Source: Podarcis cretensis (Eukaryota). From it: a stretch of DNA of 64,000 bases. The translations under genes were made by a program, and so were the position numbers. The notes beneath the pieces were generated by a model. It searched no databases, was not told the origin of the DNA, and was given only the letters and a program-made list of their open reading frames with translations. Of the stretch, positions 40,745 through 52,819 are shown piece by piece. The stretch spans positions 63,550,001 to 63,614,000 of the forward strand of contig OX638154.1 in NCBI GenBank assembly GCA_951804945.1. The letters run 5' to 3'. Position 1 is the first letter of the stretch. Each line of letters opens with the position of its first letter.

Positions 40745-40952
40745 TCTTTATTTAGTATGGTTTTATCCTACCCAACTCCTTTCTTTAAGGAGTTCAGGGC
40801 TGTGTGCATGGTTCTTCCCCACCCCCATTTTATTCTTAACACAACCTTGCAGAGTAGGCTAGGCTCAGATAAAGTATGAAGATAAAGCCCCAACAGCTTC
40901 ATACCAGAGTAGAGATTTGTCTCTGGGTCTCCCTTGCCCTAGCTGGATCCTC
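40745..40952 (-). mobile_element. Old tRNA-derived SINE (CORE/L2-tailed, MIR-like)
   Basis: TTTATTTA tail, CCCCATTTTATTCTTAACACAACCTTGCAGAGTAGGCTAGGCT core and a decayed tRNA-like head. Confidence 0.6.
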
Positions 40953-41149
40953 TAACCACGCCTCCCTGGCTATGTAAATGTGGAATACGTGCCCCATTGT
41001 AATTGTTACTAAGGCACGATGAGACATATATTTGGTGGTGGGAGAAGTGGACAGTTGTAAGGCAAAACGCAATACCTTTTCCATCCCTTTCACTCCTTAA
41101 GCCAGTGTGTTTCCAAAATTTGTGTTCCCAGAATCCCTCGGACGGTGTA

Positions 41150-41690
41150 CTGAGAAGTTTCCAAGCATGCCTTTCCCAATTACCATTAGGCAACCAGACT
41201 GCTTTCTCAAAACATAATAAATGAACATAAAAAATGGAAATTGGCGGGGAAACGCTTAAGTCTCCATGGTCATTCAGTGAGACAAGAATGTTGTCATACG
41301 TCTTTAAAAAAACACCTCACAAAGTTTTGAAAGGAGAGTTGTATGAAGCCGCTGTGTTGGAATTCATTTGTAGATTTGACACTATCAGACTTGAGCTGAA
41401 TAGAGACAAACTACTGCAGAAATTAATTGTCTCTGGTTAGGTGTTTGCATCTCAGTATCTTTTGCTCTCTGGATTGGATTGCATTCACATTTGTGCTTTG
41501 CGTAGTAATAGGACTTATCTTTCTTGTGCATTGCTTGCATTCTGGTCTCACTTTACAGTGTGTATATTCACGTCAACTGAGTTTATAGAGGTGGGATTTG
41601 ACCCCCAAGTTCATGACACAAAAATGTCTTTTATCTTAATGGCACCAAAATTCTTTGTTGTTACATGCAGACTTAAAACAGAGTTTATTT
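41150..41690 (+). mobile_element. Old Penelope-like (Neptune-type) 3' relic: end of GIY-YIG endonuclease plus decayed terminal repeat
   Basis: The translation ...KGELYEAAVLEFICRFDTIRLELNRD resembles the C-terminal ELEFICKFDT...GLNRD motif of Penelope GIY-YIG domains. 41570-41690 resembles a decayed Penelope terminus. Boundaries are approximate. Confidence 0.7.
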
Positions 41691-41824
41691 AGTGATAGCC
41701 AATAAGTTCTAGTAGTACTGTCATAGGCCTGGAGAACAGAGTTCAAGTCTTCACAGTGCTGACTTGGGTCGACTCGCTAGGCCTCACCAGCTTCACATGT
41801 CATTTTGAGGCATTGCTTTCATAT

Positions 41825-42399
41825 CAGGGTTCAAAATTAGCAGGCGCCAGGTGCATTTTGCACCTAAAGATTCTCCATTTGCGAGCACCTAAAAAGTCTG
41901 GGTGCCAGTTTTTGAGCCTGGCTGACACACAAGAATTACTGAAATGTATGTGCTTTGAAGCCTTGAAGTAATTGTTAAGGATAGACAATATGGAGTTTAA
42001 CAATAAAGGGTAGAGTGTTTTGAAAACTGGAGTATGGTACCGATACTTTTATTGTCAACATCAAGTTAAACTTGTATTAACAAGTTTATCTTCAGTGTAT
42101 CTGAAGAAGTGTGCATGCACAATAAAGTTCATACCAAGAACAAACTTAGTTGGTCTCTAAGGTGCTACTGGACAATTTTTTATATATTTGTATTGACAAT
42201 TTCTGCTAAAAATGTGATATTAACAATGTGTCACTTAACATTAATTGTGTATTAATTCATGCTTAACAAAATAATAAATTAAAAGTGTTGCCAACCCCAC
42301 CCCCTCCCAGTGGTGACTAGACATTCTGTTTTGGCGCTCACAACCCAGGTCCCAAAAGCCATTTGGTTCCTAGCTTTTCTAACCTAGCTTCTAACACTG
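41825..42399. mobile_element. Inverted second copy of the 462-bp hAT element, carrying a ~100-bp insertion
   Basis: Reverse-complement homology to 15379-15840 along its whole length. TSD TTTCATAT/CTTCATAT. Confidence 0.9.
42088..42187 (+). mobile_element. Penelope-like element terminal fragment with a degenerate minimal hammerhead ribozyme motif
   Basis: Absent from the sister hAT copy and flanked by a ~15-bp imperfect duplication. Contains GTAT-CTGAAGA-AGTGTGCATGCACA-ATAAAGTTC-ATAC, followed by TTAGTTGGTCTCTAAGGTGCTAC, which is typical of recalled reptile Penelope termini. Confidence 0.75.
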
Positions 42400-42785
42400 C
42401 TTCATATGTACGCATACCTGAAAGTCATTGAGGCTTACTTCTGAATAGACATGTATAGAATTGTGCTTTAAATGGGATAAACACACGTGTCTGTCCCCAA
42501 GTTCCTGGGAGGAAAAGTACTTTCAGTCATCAAATGGGTGATTTTGGCTGGCTGGCAGTGTAAATAGTCATGGCTGGAGACTTATTGAGTAATGCTTGCT
42601 GCTTATACCAGCCTTGTAAAAATCAGTTGTCTGACCAAATTTTAGAAACTGAAATAAGATACTGTCAGGGAGAGTTGACGTGACAATGATGATGGTGATA
42701 CAGTAATTGCAAGTACCCTCTCAGTTGCTTGGTTATAAAAACAGCTACCACCAATTTTTTATCTCCAGTGAGCTTCTTGTTCTCC

Positions 42786-43015
42786 TAGAATCATAGAATT
42801 GGAAGGGGCCTCAAAGGTCTCCTGGTTCAACCTTCTGCCACTGCAGCAAATCCTCTACAATGCCATCTCTAATTGGTGGCTATCTAGTCTCTGCTTAAAC
42901 CTCTCATGCATCCATCACTTCTCAAGGCAGGCCTGTTTGGATGCTGTTCCACTCATAGCATCTGGATGTTCCTCCTGTTGTTTAGTCTAAATCCCCTTTC
43001 TTGTTATTTGAACCC
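42786..43015 (-). mobile_element. CR1 LINE 3' end
   Basis: TAGAATCATAGAATTGGAAGGGGCC...GGTCTCCTGGTTCAACC is the reverse complement of the CR1 3' UTR and (ATTCTATG)n tail. Confidence 0.8.
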
Positions 43016-45429
43016 ATCTCAGCATATTTAGTGTCAGAGGAAGCAGTTGATAATACCAGGTCATATGAACTGGCTATAAATGAGTGTTCACATATTCATT
43101 TTAATTAACAGGTTTATCACCTTGGCTTCCATTGCTGGCTAAGTGGCAGTGAGCTATGATAACTGATAACATGATAATTGATAATAGTGTCACGAAGAGT
43201 ATCAAGATAATTGGTATACCCTTCAAGGAGTACACTGCTATCAGCCAAGTGCTGTGTATTACATTACCATTAGTCATGCTTAGGCTCATGTTGACATTGT
43301 TCAGTAGTTCTCCCGAGTTCAGTAGTTCTTTAGTTAACCATTACTGTTCAGGGCAATATTCAATGTGAAGATTGGCTTTTGGAAGATACGGCTTAGAAAT
43401 ACTGGGCAACAGTTTTGAGTTCCAATATATATTTGACAAAAAAATCGAGAAAAACATTGATAGATTAGTGTGGTACTGTGGGTAAAATATTTTTAGTGAC
43501 TACAAGCTTGCTCCTTTTTTTAAAAAAAATCACAGATCCAAAACTGCTCTGCGGTAAAGTTCCTCTGTGGAAATACCAGAGAAGGTATCATTTATTTTCT
43601 GCTTTCTGCACACTTGATTTTTTACATTTCTCAATGAGCCTTTGGCAAACATACAAATTCTTTATACACCCATTTTTTGCAATAGGAACACATTTTTCGG
43701 GTATGACAGTGTTTTAATCCCATGTGCAAGGCATTCCTGTGGTCCCGCTAAGATGGCAGCCACTATGTGGAACTTATACCAGTGTAACTAGCTGGTACCC
43801 TTTGTTGCTCAATCTAAAAACACAACAGCTACAGGGAGGGGGAGAGATGCAGTGTAACAACTGTGAAGATGATTTGAAAAGATCCCTAGCAATTCTGTCA
43901 TCACCCACCAAATACGCATCACTCCCAATAACACCCATGGGTTACCCATGTTTTGTGATGGCACAAACACTTCTATGCACAAGCACAGCATCAATACCTT
44001 TTACAGAACAGGTGATGTCTTCTGTAGCTACAAGGTCTCTCTCAGGCTGTGCTCAGCTTGAACCCCTCTGAGGTGGTTTCTCCTCTGCTGCATTTCCAAG
44101 TTTATATATCCCACTGCTGTTCACAATCACCTGATTTCTCTCCCCAGTGTTGCAGAAGGTTTTATTTGTGCATTTGCTGTCTCCTGTGTGTGCTCTAAAG
44201 CCCCCTGATCTGTTCACACCACAATGAAATGACTGCTTCCATTTTCAAATCACGTGGAACCTGGTGTGAGTGCATCAAAGATAAATATTTCTCTAAAAGC
44301 AATAGAATGCAGATAGATTGCAGTTAACGTTGTGCGAACCTGTCTTAAAAAATGGTGGTGGGAGCATGCTAGAGGCGCAGCAAACAATGATGTGAAAACA
44401 CCTTAAGGTAGGAGACCAAATTCCCAGGAAGCCTAAGTTGTAGCCTGCAAACAACCACTATTTTCCCAGAGAGAATACCAGGGCCACACAAGTAAAGGTT
44501 TAACAATCCCGGCAAGCTACATGGAAGTAGCTGGAATATTCTGAACAGAAAACCCATAGCTGACACTTGGAGGAATGTTTGAGGCCTGCGTATCTTAATA
44601 TGAAAAAGCAAATGGAAAACAGTTAGTTGTCATTTGGTGTGGATTGCCTTCCGTGATTCACTTATCTTAGATACATTGAGCTGCTTTGTCAGTGGTATGT
44701 TCTCAAACCAGCCTGCTCTGGCAGGATACTGGTTGGAGTTGTAGCCCAGGACATCTGGAGGCCTCCATGTTTAGGGAGGCTAGCATAAACTAGCATGATA
44801 GCAATTGTCATTCCATTTGAGTACTCTGTCCTTGAAAAGTGACTAATGCTGGGCACTTCAAAGGATGTATTTAGGTAAGATGTTTACAAACTATGCTTCT
44901 GGGAAAGAGATGAATTCCCTAATCCCAAGCTATTATGTTTGGTTTCACCCTTTTGAGTAGATAGTCTATGAATTCAAGTTTATTGATCAAGTAGTCAGTT
45001 GACAAAGAGAATGGACAATAGGTCTATTCTGTTACTTAAAAGCGGTATCCAGTGTGTGTTATTTCAGATTGAATTGTAACCTTCCACATAACTAGTAGCC
45101 AGAATCTGACTGTGGAAACACATCATAGGATGCTCCATTGATTCTTATGAGAGAAACATTTTCTTTACCCTGGCTCTGAATGGCACAACATTTAGCTGTG
45201 GTTGCAGGTGAGAAGGAGGTTTGAAGGGTATAGGATTCAGTCCTCCTCCAACCTGTCCATTCCTCCAGTCTGTAGCTTTATGCCCGCAGAATGGCATTGG
45301 TGAAGCAGATATACTGGCATACTGCTCACACACCACAGTAGTGCTGATGTGACTTAATTTCTGCCAGTTTTACTTGGTTCTGCTAGTATAGCAGAGTTTC
45401 TACCATATCTTATAAGTCTTCAGTTGGTT

Positions 45430-45850
45430 GCATCTTAAGTTAGTTGAACCCTTCATATAAACTCTTCCTAAGTCGTTAAGGGCTTTACATGTTAATAGTA
45501 AAACTTTGAACTTGGTCAAGTAGCAAAACGGCTGCCAATGCAGAACTTTGACCAGAGATGCAATATACTGATAGGATCTCACTCGTATCCGTGCAGAAAG
45601 GTGCAGCATCATTATGTAAAGCAGTTTCTGGACCAACCACAGTGGAAGTTCACATAGAGTGTGTTGAGTAATCTAATTTTGAAGTTACCAGTGCCTGGAC
45701 TGTGATCAAGCTATCCCAGAAGCAGTCACAGTTGATGTACTAGCCTAAGCTTGTAAAAGGCTCTCCTAGCCCCCAAGGCCACCACCTAGGTCTTCAGTGA
45801 CAAAGTTGGTTTCAAGAGCACTCCCAGACTGCAAACTTGCTTCTTCACAT
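45430..45850 (-). mobile_element. Old L2-clade LINE fragment
   Basis: Minus-strand peptide VLHWQPFCYLTKFKVLLLTCKALNDLG resembles the L2 LHWLP...FKVL...KALN motif. Confidence 0.65.
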
Positions 45851-48694
45851 CTGATTTCTGACACTAGGACCGTACAAGTCAAGGTTATTACTAGTAGTTA
45901 TAATTTATGGTAAAGTCAGTCGTCCTCCTGGATCCAGGTGATGTTTCAAAAACAAAACAAACTCTGTATTTGAATGTACGTCCCATGGAGACAAAATCCT
46001 ATTGCCATAAAGAATGGCCCCAGGATTGCTGCCAATTTTGGTACAGTGACAAAATGTCACAGAATATACATTCTAGGAATTTAGTATTTAATTTAAGGAC
46101 ATTTTTAAAAAGACCTATAATAAATATGGTAAAATATGCTATGTGCATGAAAATAAACATTTAAATATCCTGACATACTTTTACCACTGTACATCCCACA
46201 TCACATAGTGTAGCCAAGACAACCTTCGTGTTGAAAACTTTGTGTGAATTTGAGAGCTAAAAGGATTATTGTCAAAGTAACTGTAAAATCTAGGCCTTTT
46301 GAAACCATCTTGATTCTTTCAGAGACAGTCTCATCGGCTTTATTTGAAGGATAATGCCTTTCACTGCCATTTTCTGGGTGGTCTGCACACCACTTAAAAT
46401 CATATGGGTTAAATTATACAATGGGTTTTAGAAGAAGGGGGTGGTGGTGGTGAGGTTTCTGGTAAAGCCTCCAATATATATTGCTTACACCACGGCCCTA
46501 GATGCATACATTAACTCTTACAATATATAAATAAATGTCTAAACATTCTAAGTATTGTGACGAATACTTAGCTGTCAGAGAAGATAGATGAGGCCCCTAT
46601 AGAGTATAACTACCATGGATAAAAGCTCAGGATTGAAAAGAGCAAGAGAGTAAGTGAGCACTTCTGTTTTAATAATAACTTGGCTCTTTAGTGCTAATGA
46701 ATCATGAGTACTGGAGGTTTATGTGTAGGGTAATATATACAAATGGATCGTATTAAAACAAATGCAGACAAATTGTAAGCAAACCTAATCCTCCATCAGC
46801 CATTCCTCTTATTGTTCATTAACTTCTTAACTGACACTTTAAAAGCATTTATTGCCAGTTTGTCAGCCGAGAGAATGTTTCTGGTAGGTTACTGATTTCA
46901 TAATCATGTTTTTATAATGTAGAAAACGTACCAATTTTCTGCAACCCAAACAAGTGAAAAAATACAACTGTGGCTTAAAGTTAAAAAAAAAAGATTACTG
47001 TGTTAAATTTTAATACTGTTTACTAAAACCTTAGACTTTATTCTTTAAAATTCAGAGTTGTCTATCATTTGGAAGGGTATTTCCATCGAAGTCCTTCCCT
47101 CCCTTTAATAGTAGGGAGCAAAGTCAGTATTGTGGGAGAGATTTAAGGAATAATGTTGGGCTTATCCAGTAATAGAAAGATTCTCCGAGAAATCATGTTT
47201 CTGCTGCCTAGAGAATATAATACAAAGCTTGAGAGATGGGGGAAAGAGTATTACTGGCAACATATATAAAATAAGTAATTATGAAACATTTTGTTATGAT
47301 ATATGATATGATGAGGTGCGAAGGACTTGAAGTCAGGAAAGTTAATTCTGCTTTTCAAAATATACAGCAGCAGCAGAACTATGTAATTAATATCCACTCT
47401 CCAACAGCCTTCATGAAAATAACCTTGATTTATTCTACTCCAGCTAAGACTCTTTTCATATTACCGTACTTCTAGTTCCTCTCTGCTTCTGCATCAGACC
47501 TTGATATGCTAGGGATGCTTTCTTCTCTGACAGTATTCCCACTTGGCTTCATGTTGATAAACTCTCTGAAACAATGTAAGGGCTCTTAAAAATGGAACCC
47601 TAGGCCCTATACTTTGCCTTCTGTACCCCCAAGGCAGCATGTCTCCTGAAGGAATGACAGTCTGAATTGTGCTATCCAAATGTGGAGCATCAACAACATT
47701 TACAAGCCTCTGGTTAGGTGACTCAGGGAGACTGCAGCTCCACCTTGTCCTATAAATCTTCAGCTCTGGAGACAGTTTTTCAATCTGTGTAGCATCTCGC
47801 AGCAGTAAGGCCCTGCTTACCACACTTACCCCACACTCTGCCTGTGGAATGTGACTGTTTACTTCCCTCAAGATGCGCTGCTTTCTTCTAACATTTGGCT
47901 CATAAGCTGTTGCCTCTGAAACTTCACTTTTTCACTTGTCCTAGAGATTGCGCTGCTTGCTTCCAGCCCCATCACACTAATGGCTTTCTCACTCCTGACC
48001 TTTGGGGATCTGAACTTTTTACAACTTGCATTCCTGCTGCTCGGTGGACCCTGACATAAAGTTGTCTTCTGTCCCCAGCTGCTCCCTTTCACTTCCACTG
48101 TTGGAGCAAATACTCCTCTCAGTGGCATGGACATTGTCTTGCTCTTGCTTCCTCTAAGAATTGCTCCTCAAAGAATCTCTCACTCTTGCTGCGGAATTTA
48201 TCCTGACAATCACCTTTTCAGTATTTCCATTATCTCTGCTGTCCCCAAATCTATTGAGGTTCCTTGAGGTTTTCGCCTTGGTTGTCTTCTAGTCTCTCTT
48301 TACCCACAGCTTTGAGTGCCATCTATTTGCTGATCATTTTAATCACTTCCGAGGGGACTGTTTAAAGATTCTTAAGCCAGCTTAGGACCTAGGTCAGCCT
48401 CCTGCCCTTTACACATTATCCACTATTGGGAGTTAGCTGGCATTGGTCTGTGAACTCCTTTCTTGCTACTTAACAGGTGACTTTCAACCCAAAACTTATT
48501 TCTGCTGTTCCGTATGGACTAGTAGCAGGTCCCCCGCCTTTGAGCAAGGCTTTGTGGATGGCAAGAACTTCCTTTCAACTACAAAAAAGTCAACAAAGGA
48601 TAGTTAAAGAAACCAAGATAGTTCAGGAAAAGAAGGCACATTATTGGCACATTAAAAAGAGACATACAAGCATTCTAATTAATTACTATTAAAA

Positions 48695-49070
48695 GGGACG
48701 CAGGTGGCGCTGTGGGTTAAAGCCTCAGCGCCTAGGACTTGCCGATCGAAAGGTCGGCGGTTCGAATCCCTGCGGCGGGGTGCGCTCCCGCTGCTCGGTC
48801 CCAGCGCCTGCCAACCTAGCAGTTCGAAAGCACCTCCGGGTGCAAGTAGATAAATAGGGACCGTTTACCAGCGGGAAGGTAAACGGCGTTTCCGTGTGCA
48901 GCTCTGGCTCTGGCTCTGGCTCTGGCCAGAGCAGCTTTGTCACGCTGGCCACGTGACCCGGAAGTGTCTCCGGACAGCGCTGGCCCCTGGCCTCTTAAGT
49001 GAGATGGGCGCACAACCCCAGAGTCTGTCAAGACTGGCCCGTACGGGCAGGGGTACCTTTACCTTTACCT
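48695..49070 (+). mobile_element. Full-length Sauria SINE, subfamily A variant with internal (GCTCTG)4
   Basis: A box TGGCGCTGTGG, B box GGTTCGAATCC and an (ACCTTT)n tail. TSD TTAAAAGGGA at 48689-48698 and 49071-49080 overlaps the SINE 5' end. Confidence 0.93.
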
Positions 49071-50029
49071 TTAAAAGGGAATCAAAGCTACTATCTTAAA
49101 GCATACAAGAGAATAGTGACTTCACATGTAATTATATAGAATAAAAAAGCCAACAACAATGATTCAAGATGGTGGCATGGCAGGGAACTGCATAAAGAGA
49201 CTCAGCGTTGCTCCTTCCACTTCCGGGTCACCACGATGCATGAGTGCAGGGTCGCACATCAGTTGAACACATATAAATCGGTCATTTCCTGTAGTTTCAG
49301 ATGGCCTTCGTTTGGTTTAAGCTGCAGAGGAAATAGTGTCTCTTTGGTGCAAAGTTATTCTGTAGGACGTTGCTAAATGTGCAGCCCCATTAAAAAAAAC
49401 CAACATACACAAGTTCATCTGTTTGCTGAAGATTTGCTAGGATATGCAGGGAGAGATAACTGAGAGGGGCAACGTCTTTGATACATATTTCAGAAGTAGC
49501 TCTTAGTAATTTTACATGCAGCAACTTGTATAAGTCTGCTTGTGAGAAGGGTCAGGAAGTGTCACTGTTGTATAAACAAGCCACCAGTGCAGGCTTAACT
49601 GTAGCTCTAAGGAAGGTGTTAGCATTGTATCATATGGAAAGAAACAGCTGATAGATAGCAGGCATTCCCATAGATCTCCTGTTTGTAATTCAACCTGTCA
49701 TCAGATAGGGGATGAGGCTGCTTCCTAAATCCAACTATGAGTTAAGAGATGATATCAGATACAGCTTGGCAATGGAACATACAAAATAGTTTCTGGAGAG
49801 GATATAATAAAATTTCTGTGATTGTAGCAAACTCCCTAGTTTGAATTATACAGGACAATGGCTAGCAGTATCGAGCCACTTAGGAAGCTATGGGTGACAA
49901 TAGAGGATATGTTTATTAGAGTTTTGTGAATGACAAACCAGGACTATAGATTGGAAGGGTATGTTTGTCTCTTGTTGTGCTAAATTCTTTGCAGCTCTCC
50001 AAAGTCTGCTGTTTTAAATTAACAAATGA

Positions 50030-50030
<1 letters not shown>

Positions 50031-50074
<44 letters not shown>

Positions 50075-50092
50075 AATATTATTATTATTATT
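50031..50092. repeat. Compound (TTG)n(TTA)n microsatellite
   Basis: Seen directly. Confidence 0.95.
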
Positions 50093-52819
50093 GGAATCAT
50101 GCAGTTTTAACTCCTGCTACATCAAGTGTCATTATATAAGTGTTGGCTTAATTTATGCATGTTTTGAATACAATTTTATAGCATACAAATTTTACAGCTG
50201 GCATCAATAAAGCATGCTCTGAAGCGTTTTTTAATTCTCAACCAGTGAGGAGGCAAGGAGTGGGGTGGAGGAGAGAACATCAGAGAGAGTTTAGCATTAA
50301 AAGGAGCTTTTAAAGCTCAAGGGGTATATGCAAATGAGGAAGCTGTCTCTGAGGAAATGGAGAGAGTCACTGATGTTATGAAGAAATATTGTCAATAGGA
50401 CCAGCAGCATTTGATGTGCTTTTTACACATGGGTATAAATATGCAAACAGGTGTTATCCATGTATGCATAGTAACCAAACTCTGGTTCCCAGATCCCATT
50501 GTTAGTGCAAGGGATAGCAGCCATCTTGGCAGGAATGTGCCATGACTTAATATTTTGGGAGCAAGAAGGGGAAGGGGGAGAATAGAGGAGAGAGTAGGGA
50601 TGGGAAAGCACTTTTGTTTGTTGGGCCATATCAAAAGATGGCCACCCCTCTGCTAATCCCTCGTGCCCATTTTAAGGGGTACACAAGGAGTTTAGCGCTC
50701 TGAATGCAGTGTTGCACCAGTCATATGCTGTAGCTTCTGCTTGAATCACATAAACTAGAGTAATGTGTTGCAGTGGGCTATTAAGTATATTGTTTGGTTT
50801 ATTCTAATAATAATACATGACAATACATAATTGTATTGTCAAGAGGGCTAACAGATTTATCTCGCATGTATGCCAAGTTGGTGCTATCAGCCAGATCTAC
50901 TAATATATATAACAATTTTCCTACTGAGAAAAACTGTTTCTGCAGCTTTGGTATTTTCCAATAAAATGTGGAGGATAGAATACTTTATATTTCATAGTGT
51001 AAAGGGGAAAAACTCACCCAAAAGCAATTGGTTTGTGGAGGGGAAAACAGAGAAACCTCCTCAGCATTACCTCCTCACTGACAATTGAGACCAATTTAAT
51101 GGTGTTAGACTCATAGCTTAGTTGGGACTATTAGCAGTCCTCTGGTGTGTTAGTAATAAATCATTCTACAATGCCAATTAGGTATAATTCTACAAGTCAT
51201 TTCATTTGAACAACATTCTGTTAAAAACTATGTTCCTTGGAGACCTGTAATTGAGCTGTAGTACTTGATGGAAACAATTGAGGCAAAGTCACTTCTCTTA
51301 TCAGTGTAGGGCTCATTATTCATGTAAGGAAGTAAATCATGATGAAATGACCTGTTATTAATGGTTAGGAAGGACATTTGTCAGTCTCGGAGACTAATGA
51401 ACAGGCCAATTATGTATTTCAGGAATCCATACACAAATTGAGTTGTGTTTTCAGGTTGTTCCTTTAGGTGGAATATTGTGTGTGTAAGTAAGGGGTGATT
51501 GAGGGTGTTGAAAGGCAGCCACTTAGACATTACTAATTAAAGAACTTTATCTGCCTCCGAAGGCAAGAATGCATTAAAATATGATATTGAACATTTTGCT
51601 GTGAGCTGTAAATTGTTAAAAGATTATTCTCTTTCTTGATTTAGCCTGCAAGCTGGAGGTAGCTTCTTGAAAGAATTATGAAGAAAACTTGAAATCTGCT
51701 ATCTCTCACATACACATGTATACACAAATATACATATATAATTATGCACACACACAACCACGCACATGCAATATCTTGGGATTTCTGGTTCTGGTTCCTG
51801 TTTTTAACAGGTTGCTCACAGATGTGGCTCCATGTAAAACAGGATGTGTAAAAGGAAGCCAGTTAAAGAAGAGGCACATCCTGTTTTAGGGGTAAAGAGC
51901 TACTGTTTCCGTTTTGGCACAACAGCAGCTATTCCACTTATGCAGATGATGCTACTCTATGTGTCCCCTTACTGCAAATTAGCATAGGGGAGTAGTGCTC
52001 TGGTTCATAGCACTGATGGCTGAGAAAAACACTATCTGGAGAATACACTGAGTGTCAAGCATAATAATAGAATTGTATTCAGTGTATTGCAAAACTACAT
52101 TTACATACGGGTTTTCAATACGTATAGTAAAGATGTATTGAGAACATTTATACACACATCTGGTTTGGGGGCCCCTAGAATGTAACTCTTATTATATTTC
52201 TAAACTGTTTCATCACAGTTAATACGGCACTAGAATTATGTGTAGGTTTTCAGCAAATCTCTATCATGCATCCTTCAAGGGACCATAACATATGTCTTCT
52301 AGATCAGTTTTTTCATTGTGGATGAGTGCATTTTTGGGACTCCGTAAATATGCCTGTGGAAAATTTCAATTTTATTACCACCATGACAAAAGGATAGCTT
52401 ATCAGCCTAAATTTACAATGCTACTAGAATACAATAGGTTAGCTTAACTACTGCTTTGTTCTGGCACATATATGGTGTTGGGGGTCAGATGAGAGCCATG
52501 CCACCCTCATGTACTACATTGGCCAAAATCAGTTAACCAGTTGTATATGTATTAATTGGAAGTTTAGTTCCTTTGATATCAGTATCGGGATGTTTGATTT
52601 TGATTAGTTTGATCTGGTTTTAGAGTTAAGGCTGAATTGAAAAATGTGCAGGTGGCCCCTCAGAAATGAAAACTCAATGCAGTACAAAAAAAAATGTATA
52701 TTAAACGCTCTGTAGCAGATTGGGTTCCTTTAGCAGAAGCCAACACAATAACTCTTGGTAGCCCAGGGGAGCTTCCCTCCTTCTCTTCCTCCTGTGCTTC
52801 CACCATATTCACTCTGGAG

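Noticed and set aside
48725-49099. ORFs with PEPEPE, ARARAR and LWLWLW repeats
   Set aside because: Translations of the (GCTCTG)n expansion inside a SINE.
49965-50210. Poly-Leu signal-peptide-like ORF
   Set aside because: Translation of the (TTG)n(TTA)n microsatellite.
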